A DNA stretch of 64,000 nt from Candidatus Hydrogenedentota bacterium (GTDB lineage Bacteria; Hydrogenedentota; Hydrogenedentia; Hydrogenedentales; SLHB01), in the NCBI GenBank assembly GCA_045863295.1, contig BTWA01000023.1:35519-99518 (forward strand). The letters run 5' to 3'. A program made the position numbers and the translations under genes. Below the pieces are notes generated by a model that saw only the letters and a list, made by a program, of their open reading frames with translations, did no database searches and was not told the DNA's origin. Each line of letters opens with the position of its first letter. Position 1 is the first letter of the stretch. Shown here one piece after another: positions 43,969 to 53,141 of the stretch.

Positions 43969-44192
43969 AACGCACTCACTTCTCACGAAGCCAACGCATG
44001 ACCATCGTGACGGCGATTCTTTGCATAGTCTCGCTTATCGTCATTTTGCAGTTATGGCTTCTTACCGCGACCATGGAAGCCTTTCTCGGCGGCAACCAAA
44101 AGATCGTAATTCCGGCGGCGATAGCTAGCGCTGGCTGCTTCTTATTGAATTTCGGATTGCTCCACTTCTATCTTCGTAAATTGGAGGAGTGA
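43965..44192 (+). CDS. Small two-TM membrane protein
   Basis: GTGA overlap with the Rieske gene; two hydrophobic helices. Confidence 0.75.
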   Translation: MKRTHFSRSQRMTIVTAILCIVSLIVILQLWLLTATMEAFLGGNQKIVIPAAIASAGCFLLNFGLLHFYLRKLEE

Positions 44193-44487
44193 TTTTCTGG
44201 TAATGCACGGAGTGGCCTTTGCGGCAGGCTTTGTGCGCGATCGCGCAGGCCAAGAATGTCTTGCCCAAGTCGGTAGGCCCGACGAAGTTGCGGTAGTCGT
44301 GACGCGATACCCAGCATCAATCGCCAGGGACAGCACGAGCGTCTTGTCGAGTCCGAGGGGATGGCAGAATTCGATGTCTTCGATGAAAGCTTCTTGCCGC
44401 TGTTATCGGCATCGAGACGATCCGGACTCTCTCCACTTCCCGCTGAACCAAGACAGTTCAAGTTCCGTGATAGAAGCAAGTGAACAG

Positions 44488-44940
44488 TTAATGTTCTCCA
44501 GAGAGTTGCCGAATCAGCTTTTGTAGCTGCGGACCGAATCGTTGTAGTTCGGCGAAATGTGCTTCACTCAATGCTTCCAGCAATCGCTCGCCTTCGCTCG
44601 CGAGGCGAATGTTCACCTCCCTTCGATCGTCGCTACCGGTCTGTCGTTCTACCCAACCCCCTGCCACCATCCTATCGACGAGCCCTACGGCGCTATGATG
44701 CTTAATACAGAGTCTCTCGGCTAATTCTCTGATGGTAACGCAATCCTTGTTGGGATAACCCTTGATTGCAAGTAGCGCCTGATGTTGGGGAGCGGTTAGA
44801 CCGACTTCCCTTGCACACTTCTCGCTAAATGCCAGGAAACGCCGTAGCGCGTGCCGGAACTCAGCAAGTTTTTCGTAATCGTCTTTAGTAATTTGATGTG
44901 TCACAGGGGCCCCAGCGTCGTTAATTTTTCCCACACTCAT
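44488..44940 (-). CDS. MarR family regulator
   Basis: LAEFRHALRRF, ELAERL.IKHHSAVGLVDR, DRREV. Confidence 0.88.
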   Translation of the reverse strand: MSVGKINDAGAPVTHQITKDDYEKLAEFRHALRRFLAFSEKCAREVGLTAPQHQALLAIKGYPNKDCVTIRELAERLCIKHHSAVGLVDRMVAGGWVERQTGSDDRREVNIRLASEGERLLEALSEAHFAELQRFGPQLQKLIRQLSGEH

Positions 44941-44957
44941 CTTGCGGGACGAACGGC

Positions 44958-44986
44958 TTGCATTATATCGCACTGCGATATATAAT
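44958..44986 (+). promoter_or_regulatory. sigma70 promoter containing a perfect 9-1-9 inverted repeat (candidate MarR operator)
   Basis: TTGCAT-17-TATAAT; tatatcgca-c-tgcgatata at 44964-44982. Confidence 0.75.
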
Positions 44987-45040
44987 CTCTACGTTTTCCC
45001 CAAATTTTGGTCCCAATTCTATACTCGTGGAGTCCTTCGC

Positions 45041-46885
45041 GTGGCCCAAACCACTTATCAGCATCGTGAACGTTACAATCAGGGCGTCGGTAAACGCCGG
45101 CACTTCCTGCTAGCCGGCCTTTCTGTTCCTATTGGAATTGGCGCCGGTTTGGTTGCATATGCACTGTTTTGTCTCATCGGCCTTCTGTCCAATTTAATCT
45201 TCTTTCACACTGCGGGAGTTGAACTACGGCCTCTCCAAGAACACGTTATCGGCTATTGGGTCATAGTAACTCCTGCGCTGGGAGGGATCGTTGTAGGTCT
45301 GATGGCCAAGTTCGGAACCTCGAAGATACGGGGACATGGTATACCCGAGGCAATGGAAGCGGTCCTGACGAATCGAAGTCGAATTGCTCCACGCGTGGCA
45401 ATCCTAAAGCCGCTGTCTGCCGCCATCGCCATAGGCACGGGCGGTCCTTTTGGCGCGGAAGGTCCTATCATTCAAACCGGAGGCGCACTGGGATCCCTCG
45501 TGGGTCAGTTCATTCATACCACTGCCGCCGAGCGCAAGACACTGCTTGCGTGTGGGGCCGCAGCAGGAATGGCCGCGACATTCAGTACGCCAATAGCGGC
45601 CGTGATTCTAGCGATAGAGCTTCTCCTCTTCGAATTCCGTTCACGTTCGTTCATACCTCTGGTTATTTCCAGTACACTTGCAACAACCATCCATTGGATA
45701 CTGATCGGTCCGGGCCCAATGTTCACTGTCGAGAATGTTGACTTCGGAGTACCTTACGCCGTTCCATTCTACGCATTGCTGGGCGTGCTTTGTGGATTTG
45801 TTGCCGCCGCCTTCAGTCGCACCTTATATTGGGTCGAAGACCAATTTGAACGTTTGCCATTCGACGCAATGTGGTGGCCTGCTATTGGCGGACTTGGACT
45901 TGGAATCATCGGACTTTTCGTCCCTCGAGTCTTAGGCGTCGGCTACGATACGATCTCGGACATCCTTAACGGTAATCTTGCCATAGGCGTACTTGCTACT
46001 GTATTGGTGTTCAAGAGCCTCGCCCTCTTGGTTTCTCTTGGGTCTGGGACATCCGGTGGCCTGCTGGCGCCGATGTTTATGGCAGGCGCCGCCATGGGCG
46101 GTGCATTCGCAATCTCCTTGAATTCGGTATTCCCCGGCCTGCATCTCTCACCTGGAGCTTTCGCGTTGGTGGCCATGGCGGCGGTATTCGGTGCTGCGTC
46201 CAGGTCGACATTTGCATTCATCATTTTCGCGTTCGAACTCACCCGCAATTATGACGCAATTCTTCCGCTCATGATCGGTTGCGTGCTCGCGCAGGGAATT
46301 GCGCTGCTTCTGATGAAGAACTCCATCATGACGGAGAAACTCGCCCGTAGAGGTCTACGCGTGCACCAAGGTTATGAAGCCGATATATTCAACCAACTGA
46401 CCGTTGGGGAGGTCATGGACGCATCCATAGCCACGATCGCTGCCGATACGCCGGTCCACGAGCTAATTGCTCGCGTAGCGCAACACGAAATTCCGTTGAC
46501 GCGGCACCAGGCATATCCTTTGATAGATTCGAAACAGCAGCTCGTCGGCATTGTTACGCGTGGAGACTTACTCCGGCACACCGATTCTGTGGCGGAGCAG
46601 CCATTTACAGTCCTGTCAATCGCCAGCAAAGACCTCATCGTGACAAACCCTCAAGAACCGCTACATGATGCCGTAAGCCGCATGCTGGAAAACGATGTGG
46701 GACGCATACTCGTTGTTGACGATTCAAATCCGGCACGCCTCTTGGGGTATCTGGGCCGCGCGGAAGTTCTCAACGCGCGAAGGATCCGGCTTCAAGACGA
46801 GAAACAGAGGGAAGCGGGTTGGATCTCTCGCTTTTCCGGTGCGCCAGCATCAGACTCACGCGCCAAAGAAACGCACATCGTATAG
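45041..46885 (+). CDS. ClC chloride channel/transporter with CBS pair
   Basis: GHGIPE, GAEGP, GGLLAP; C-terminal CBS domains. Confidence 0.9.
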   Translation: MAQTTYQHRERYNQGVGKRRHFLLAGLSVPIGIGAGLVAYALFCLIGLLSNLIFFHTAGVELRPLQEHVIGYWVIVTPALGGIVVGLMAKFGTSKIRGHGIPEAMEAVLTNRSRIAPRVAILKPLSAAIAIGTGGPFGAEGPIIQTGGALGSLVGQFIHTTAAERKTLLACGAAAGMAATFSTPIAAVILAIELLLFEFRSRSFIPLVISSTLATTIHWILIGPGPMFTVENVDFGVPYAVPFYALLGVLCGFVAAAFSRTLYWVEDQFERLPFDAMWWPAIGGLGLGIIGLFVPRVLGVGYDTISDILNGNLAIGVLATVLVFKSLALLVSLGSGTSGGLLAPMFMAGAAMGGAFAISLNSVFPGLHLSPGAFALVAMAAVFGAASRSTFAFIIFAFELTRNYDAILPLMIGCVLAQGIALLLMKNSIMTEKLARRGLRVHQGYEADIFNQLTVGEVMDASIATIAADTPVHELIARVAQHEIPLTRHQAYPLIDSKQQLVGIVTRGDLLRHTDSVAEQPFTVLSIASKDLIVTNPQEPLHDAVSRMLENDVGRILVVDDSNPARLLGYLGRAEVLNARRIRLQDEKQREAGWISRFSGAPASDSRAKETHIV

Positions 46886-46915
46886 CGATATAGCTAGTTC
46901 CTGAACAGGCTAACC

Positions 46916-47269
46916 TCAATCGAGCAGTCGGCGCTCCAAATACGACTTCAACGCGGCCACGTTGTTGTGCTTCGTATCCTTGGAACTGAAAAGAAGAACA
47001 ATATTGCCATTGCTTGCAGCATCCATAAGTGGTTGCCAAGCTTGGGGATTAGCGTCTAATTCGGCCTCATACCGCTGCCGAAATTCGTCCCATTTCGCCG
47101 GATCATGTTTGAACCATTTTCGTAACTCGTGGCTCGGGGCTGCCTCCGGTAGCCATTCATCCAGGTTCAGGTCTTTCTTCTTAACACCCCTGGGCCACAA
47201 TCGTTCGACGAGGAACCGCTTGCCGGTCACCTTGACTGGACTATCGTAAACTCGATGAAGTCGAATCAT
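46916..47269 (-). CDS. DUF488 (YeaO-like) protein
   Basis: RVYD, RLWPRG, APS.ELRKWF.HD. Confidence 0.88.
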   Translation of the reverse strand: MIRLHRVYDSPVKVTGKRFLVERLWPRGVKKKDLNLDEWLPEAAPSHELRKWFKHDPAKWDEFRQRYEAELDANPQAWQPLMDAASNGNIVLLFSSKDTKHNNVAALKSYLERRLLD

Positions 47270-47380
47270 AAGGCCTCCAAGTCAAACTTCAAGTATTGAC
47301 CATTCGATAGTTCTGATTGTTAATCGTGAGGCATTGTCGGGATAAAGCCAAGCACAACTCGTGTTACACCGTCACAACGC

Positions 47381-47800
47381 CTAAAGGTCGTAGTCTCCTG
47401 ACGATTCCGGTTGATACAAGATTTCCTCCACGTGATAGCGTGCGGGACCTTTGGGTAATGTGACTTCAAATGCATCCCCTGCTTTGTAACCAAGCATCGA
47501 CGCACCCAGGGGCGCCAATACCGAAATACGACCTTCTTCTGGAGCGCGTTCTGTTGGATAAACCAGCGTGCATTCCAGTAGAGAATGAGAATTGGCGTCT
47601 CTCAAACGAACTCGAGAACGCATGGTAATCACGTCACTGGGAAGCAGAGAAGGATCATCAATCACAACTGCCCGAGCAAGTTCTCGATCCAAGTATTGAA
47701 TGTGCGGCAATTCACGTTTATCTGCAATTTCTTGTAAGCTCGCAAGGCAGTCCATTAGACGTTTTTTGTCCTGCGCCGTGACGTAGATTTGCCGTTCCAT
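47381..47800 (-). CDS. rnk: Rnk/GreA-family regulator
   Basis: DVITMRSRV, TLVYP, ISVLAPLG, ILYQPE. Confidence 0.82.
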   Translation of the reverse strand: MERQIYVTAQDKKRLMDCLASLQEIADKRELPHIQYLDRELARAVVIDDPSLLPSDVITMRSRVRLRDANSHSLLECTLVYPTERAPEEGRISVLAPLGASMLGYKAGDAFEVTLPKGPARYHVEEILYQPESSGDYDL

Positions 47801-48136
47801 CGATTTTATTCCCTTTCACTTAATAGACTGCACGATCCGCTGGGTTCAAAAGGAGCCCCTTTATGCCATAGGATATGCGTACATTCTTCGCCGCCGAAAG
47901 TTGTATCCGATTTCGCGCAATCTCTGCTGAAAGCCGACCCCAATGGCAGCCACGGTACACCAAATGCTCTTAGAGAGGGCCTATAAAGGTGTAACAGAAC
48001 TTGAAACCGCCGGTGAGTGGCGCTAGCATAACTGCGACGCTACACACGGCCTTTCCCAATCTGACTCCGTTGGCAAAGGTGGCTGCGTAATGATGTGACT
48101 CCACTGAAGTCCTCTAATTCATAAAGGATATATTTA

Positions 48137-49012
48137 ATGAACGCAAGAAGATCCGCATCATTTTTCTCGCTTTTCGTAGTGATAGCTCTATTCCCCGTTA
48201 TCGCGAATGCGCAAACTCCACGGGCGGAACACGTTTTTATCATCAGTTTCGATGGCGGCAAACCCGCGGTGATGAAAGAGAGTGATATGCCATTCACGAT
48301 GGATCGGGCCGCGCATGGCGCGGTGACCTGGAATGCTCAAACTGTCTTTCCCAGCATCACCCTCATATCTCACACGTCGATGCTCACAGGAGTGGGGCCG
48401 GAGAAACATGGAGTAAGGTGGAATAACTGGTCCCCCGACCTCGGGTTGATCGCTGTGCCGACAGCATTTGCCTTAGCCGAGAAGGCGGGGAAATCGACGG
48501 CATTGATTGCGGCAAAAGAAAAGTTCAATCACCTGAATAGGCCTGGAGAAATCAATGGATTTGCCGTGATAGAGGAGAAGGCCCCGATTGTGGCAGCGGT
48601 CGCCGCGGCTTACATCGAGAAAGCAAAACCCAATCTTTGCTTTATCCACTTCAAAGACTCAGACAGCGCTGGGCATCGCTACGGCTGGGGTTCGCCTGAA
48701 CAAATCCAGTCGTTTGCCGATGAGGACGCTGGGCTAAAGACAATCAACGATGCGATATTATCTGCGGGCATCGCCGATATGAGCGTAGTGATCGTCTCTG
48801 CGGACCATGGAGGCCATGACAAGACCCATGGCAGCGATTCTCCTGAAGACATGACTATCCCTTGGATTGTTTGGGGTAAGGGAGTGAAGAGTGGAACCAC
48901 CATTGAGGTGCCTGTAACCACCTACGATACTGCGGCCACGGCCCTTTGGCTCCTTGGGATCGCAATTCCCACCGAATGGGATGGCAAGCCAGTCGAAGCA
49001 GCATTTGAGTAG
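48137..49012 (+). CDS. Secreted alkaline phosphatase/nucleotide pyrophosphatase family protein
   Basis: Signal peptide; SFDG, TLISHTSMLTG, DSAGH, ADHGG. Confidence 0.85.
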   Translation: MNARRSASFFSLFVVIALFPVIANAQTPRAEHVFIISFDGGKPAVMKESDMPFTMDRAAHGAVTWNAQTVFPSITLISHTSMLTGVGPEKHGVRWNNWSPDLGLIAVPTAFALAEKAGKSTALIAAKEKFNHLNRPGEINGFAVIEEKAPIVAAVAAAYIEKAKPNLCFIHFKDSDSAGHRYGWGSPEQIQSFADEDAGLKTINDAILSAGIADMSVVIVSADHGGHDKTHGSDSPEDMTIPWIVWGKGVKSGTTIEVPVTTYDTAATALWLLGIAIPTEWDGKPVEAAFE

Positions 49013-49168
49013 ACGGTACGCTTTGTCGCGAGCATCCATGAGGCCCTGAGCCAACAGAGACCTACTGGCGTGGAATCGCGCGGGACACATGGCCTCGTCG
49101 TCCTTTAATCCTGATAAGGAACGGACCCAATTGCCGATTCTTGTGGAGTTTAACCGTGCAAGGTGTAG

Positions 49169-50326
49169 CTACTTTACACGCAACGGCAGAAACTTGAATC
49201 CGCTTGCTGGCGCAGTTGCACGGATGCCAGGTTTAGACTCGATCAATTCTATTTGTTTTGTACGCGCGAGCAGCTCTTCCAGGAATATGCGCAACTCCAA
49301 ACGTGCAAGGGGAGCTCCCGGGCATTCGTGAATCCCGGAACCGTACAACAGGTTTTGCTTCGGATCTCGATCGAGACGAAAACTCTCGGGTTGGTCCACT
49401 GAGCGTCCATCCCGATTCGCAGCGATCCAATTGATGCTGATACGCTCATTGGCTCCGATCTCGTGAATGCCCATTGTGACTGGACAAGTCGTCACTCGAC
49501 GGTTCGATATTAGCGGCCCGTCGATTCGCAGGATTTCATCCGCGACCACTGTCAGGTCCGTTGGATGGTGTCGGCATTGTTCCTGCACCATGGGGTACGC
49601 GGCCAAATAATGGGCAATAATCCCAACAGAGGCTGCGATAGTTCCAATTTCCCCGACCGTCCAGTTTCGCAAGATACTGCCGATCTCGCGATTGTTCAGA
49701 GGGCGCCCATCAACTTCTTGCTGTACCAAATCTGCCACGATATCCTCTGAGCCAGAGACTTCAGCCTGAGCACAGACCTCAATCTGCGCATCGATGAAGC
49801 CTTGAAACTCGTTCGCAACGGAGGTAATCGCGTCTCGATTTTTAGAACAGTTTGCTTCGCGACTCCTATCGACCCAGCGCAATAATTGACCGCGTACTTT
49901 CGAAGACCACCCCAAGAACGCACATTGGCAGTTGACAGCCAATGGTTCGGCCATATCAGCAATCCAATCGAGCTCGCGTTTGTCGAGAGCAATCTTCAAT
50001 AACTCGACAACGACCGCCCTGCATCTTGGCTCGAATTTGATCATGTACTCATCTGTAAAATATCGCTCAACGATGCGGCGATACTTTGTATGCTCAGGCG
50101 CATCCATACCATTGGGGACAGCAACATGCTCGGAAACGACGTTGCTGAACACATCGGGCGCATGGAGAATACGCATCACGTCCGCATGTCTAAAGACGGA
50201 CCATCCCCTAGTCTCGCTATAAGCGATTGGGCAACGCTCACGCATTTCGTCATACGCATTACGTTGATCCATCTGAACTTCTACGGAATCTGGATCCCAA
50301 TCCGAACGATGGTTCTTCTTGCTCAT
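49169..50326 (-). CDS. Cytochrome P450
   Basis: EILR (ExxR), AANRD, YGSGIHECPG heme-thiolate motif. Confidence 0.9.
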   Translation of the reverse strand: MSKKNHRSDWDPDSVEVQMDQRNAYDEMRERCPIAYSETRGWSVFRHADVMRILHAPDVFSNVVSEHVAVPNGMDAPEHTKYRRIVERYFTDEYMIKFEPRCRAVVVELLKIALDKRELDWIADMAEPLAVNCQCAFLGWSSKVRGQLLRWVDRSREANCSKNRDAITSVANEFQGFIDAQIEVCAQAEVSGSEDIVADLVQQEVDGRPLNNREIGSILRNWTVGEIGTIAASVGIIAHYLAAYPMVQEQCRHHPTDLTVVADEILRIDGPLISNRRVTTCPVTMGIHEIGANERISINWIAANRDGRSVDQPESFRLDRDPKQNLLYGSGIHECPGAPLARLELRIFLEELLARTKQIELIESKPGIRATAPASGFKFLPLRVK

Positions 50327-50444
50327 ACCTTCACCTGATTAATCAACACGCACATATCTTCGACTTGGCACTTGCGATTCGGAACGATGTGTCGACCACA
50401 GAAAAAGTAAGCCACCGAATACGCACATACCAGGAGACACGTCC

Positions 50445-51488
50445 TCACGTACTCTTCCGTTTCATCGGTCCAAGAAACTGGCTGTACAAGAATCCAAAAA
50501 AAGTAATGCTCCACGCGCCTATCGCCACATAGACGAAGTAAGTTGGTATCTCCGATACAATGGGCATTCCGAGTACATCGGATAAGTTCGCAGTGCATGC
50601 GGTATACATGCCGAGAGGGAACACAGCGCCCCAATAGAGCGGATCGTATCGAAGCGGGTAACGTTTATAAATGTGCCGCCAGATGCCCAATATCACCAAC
50701 ATGGGTATCCACCAGGTCGCAGTTGCCCAAAAGAACATGGTGAAGCCTTTCAAGAAAGGCAACAGCCCAAGTAGTAAAGGCGAATCGACGCTATTTCGGA
50801 TGAGGGCCGTTCCGGCAAGAGTCGAGATCGCCATGGCGCCCATATTGATCCAATATGGAGGCATTAGATCCGATGGTTGGAATTTGAAAAATGTGTAACG
50901 ATAGAAGATAAGAGAGATCACCCATACGTAGAGCATTCCCCCACTTAACCAAAGTGAAAGAGAAAGAAAGTGAACAAATTCACTCTCCGGAAAAACTTGC
51001 TGCCCTACCTGCTCCCCCAATACAGCGACGGATTGTGTTGCCACGACTGCAACAAGCCAACCCCCGTTTATGCCTTGCGCGAGTGGAGGTTTCTCTTCTT
51101 TCACCGTCAAGACGGTAAAGATGCCATAGTTCAACAATACCCATAGAGCAAACCCGATTGCCCACAAGCTACCCGCCCAGAGAGTACTCTGCAAGATGAG
51201 CATGCATTGGCTGCCGAGTACATTGGTACCAGCCACCATCGTGAAAAAACCAACACATCTGTTGTGATCCAGCATGTCTTCGGCCACTGCACGCGGGAAA
51301 CAGACGATACGTAGAGCTGTCATGCCGGCAAGCACCGCATATATAACGATGTTTAGGAAAAGCATTCCTTTGCCCAGCATGGAATAACCATGTTGGAAAG
51401 CGGCAATCGATACGATGCCCGTCGCCATTACCATCGCAAAATAGGCTGGATTCAAATTTCGAATCGAATCTGTTCGAATCGGCATCAC
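50445..51488 (-). CDS. TDT/SLAC1 family anion channel
   Basis: PAYFAMVMATGI, WINMGAMAIS, WGAVFPLGMY. Confidence 0.88.
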   Translation of the reverse strand: MMPIRTDSIRNLNPAYFAMVMATGIVSIAAFQHGYSMLGKGMLFLNIVIYAVLAGMTALRIVCFPRAVAEDMLDHNRCVGFFTMVAGTNVLGSQCMLILQSTLWAGSLWAIGFALWVLLNYGIFTVLTVKEEKPPLAQGINGGWLVAVVATQSVAVLGEQVGQQVFPESEFVHFLSLSLWLSGGMLYVWVISLIFYRYTFFKFQPSDLMPPYWINMGAMAISTLAGTALIRNSVDSPLLLGLLPFLKGFTMFFWATATWWIPMLVILGIWRHIYKRYPLRYDPLYWGAVFPLGMYTACTANLSDVLGMPIVSEIPTYFVYVAIGAWSITFFGFLYSQFLGPMKRKST

Positions 51489-51642
51489 TGACCATGTCCC
51501 TTATCCTGAATGCCCCCAGACGATATGCGCCATTTAGCAACTCTGGCCCCAATATCTCTCCGCAACCGGACACTGTGGCATGCAGGACCTATTCGCTGAG
51601 CACCCCTCATCGAGGCTAACAGGATTCTTGACCATGCACGAA

Positions 51643-51969
51643 TCAGGTTTCTTTTTTCGGCGTGAGGGCATCCCAACAAGCCGTCGCTCCAAGTAAGAAT
51701 TCCAGATTCTCTGACGTGGGTCTTTCACAAACTCTCGCGCTGGTCTCAGTTGCTATCGAGGCACATGCCGGCGAGAAGAACACATGCACTCGGCAATGTA
51801 GGCGTCCGTCCGTCTCGCGCTGGAGAAAAAGAGCCATGTCTTGCGGACATCCTCGCGCCTTGAAAGTACGAAGAAACGCGGTTTTTATTTGCTCGACCTC
51901 TTCTTCCGCCAGAATACCGTCGTCGAGGGTCTTTAGAAACCAATTCTCCGTTGTTTCCCGATTCAACAT
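51643..51969 (-). CDS. Hypothetical protein
   Basis: Co-oriented within the cluster; protein-like composition. Confidence 0.6.
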   Translation of the reverse strand: MLNRETTENWFLKTLDDGILAEEEVEQIKTAFLRTFKARGCPQDMALFLQRETDGRLHCRVHVFFSPACASIATETSARVCERPTSENLEFLLGATACWDALTPKKET

Positions 51970-52020
51970 CGCTACAATCGATCCTTATAGGAATCGACAT
52001 CGTTCGCCGGATAACGCAAC

Positions 52021-52362
52021 CTACTCTGGTTGACCACCGAGGAATACGATTGTCACCAGAAGCACGCAGTCGGACTTTGCTTCAATTGAATGCGTTTTGC
52101 CTCCTTCGAGATAGAGCCACATGCCCGGCACCACAGTCTTTGGTTCGGACTCCACGAAAAAGATCGCTTCACCGCGAAGGCACTGCACGGTAATCGGACC
52201 GTCCACTTTGTGCGGCGGAACCTTGGCGCCGGCCCGTGTAAATAATCGGACTGTTTCGAAATGCCTTGTTTTTACAAGCGCTACAGTGTGGGTATCAGTT
52301 CCGCCGGGGCCAAACGATTTCAGATCGACCGGTGTTCCAGTTGGCGCATGTTCGATTGCCAT
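52021..52362 (-). CDS. Cupin domain protein
   Basis: VPPHKVDGPITVQCLRG; HSIEA. Confidence 0.8.
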   Translation of the reverse strand: MAIEHAPTGTPVDLKSFGPGGTDTHTVALVKTRHFETVRLFTRAGAKVPPHKVDGPITVQCLRGEAIFFVESEPKTVVPGMWLYLEGGKTHSIEAKSDCVLLVTIVFLGGQPE

Positions 52363-52424
52363 CGGAATCCCTCCAAACCTTCACGATTGTTCTGTGTCAA
52401 CGTAACATAATGGAAGCGGCAAAC

Positions 52425-53141
52425 TCACCGAAGACTCGCTTCCTTCGCCAATGCACCCGGAAACAGGATGTTGTTTTCCTTATGAATGTGTTGATGTAGG
52501 TCCAGTTCCAACTCATGAAGGCCGTCCAGAAGCGCACGGTATGTATTGCAGGCCCAATCCGGAGGGCAGTGGGCATCAGTGAGGCGCCGTATTTCTTCTA
52601 GGGCCTTCCCGGAAATGTCATGTTCGGATTCCATCGCCTGAATCGGGTTCTTTAACGTACCAAATGGCATATGCGGCAGAGCGGTGGAGTGCGCCAACTC
52701 CCGTATTACGGGGAATAGCACCCGTTCTTCCTTCGCCATATGTGAGAGTAACTCTTCCGCTAGTTCTGCAACAACAGTCGCAAGCCGAATCAGCCGCGGA
52801 TCCGTATTTCCGTGCACCTTAGCTACTTTCGCTGCCATCGCTTGCAGCCGAGGCAATTCGCTAACCAGGTTGGCATGGTGTACGGCCACAATGTGCTCCG
52901 CAAGTGCGTCAAGAGTGAGTGAGGCGTAATCCGCCGTATCCTCTACGGCTCTCTCGGAATCGCTCTTGTTGATGGATTTTAGTACTTCATCGACGTCGTG
53001 GCCTTTCTTGGCACACGCTTCGGAGAGCGGCCTCTTCCCGCCGCAGCAATAATCGATGCCGAGTTCTTCGAAAATACGCGCCCGGGCTGGGCGTTCTCGG
53101 ACCAATTCCCCGACAGTTGTCGATGAATTCAGTGTAGTCAT
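52425..53141 (-). CDS. ric: Iron-sulfur cluster repair di-iron protein
   Basis: IDYCCGG, HH, HMAKEE..LFP, EHD, HIHKENNILFP. Confidence 0.92.
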   Translation of the reverse strand: MTTLNSSTTVGELVRERPARARIFEELGIDYCCGGKRPLSEACAKKGHDVDEVLKSINKSDSERAVEDTADYASLTLDALAEHIVAVHHANLVSELPRLQAMAAKVAKVHGNTDPRLIRLATVVAELAEELLSHMAKEERVLFPVIRELAHSTALPHMPFGTLKNPIQAMESEHDISGKALEEIRRLTDAHCPPDWACNTYRALLDGLHELELDLHQHIHKENNILFPGALAKEASLR

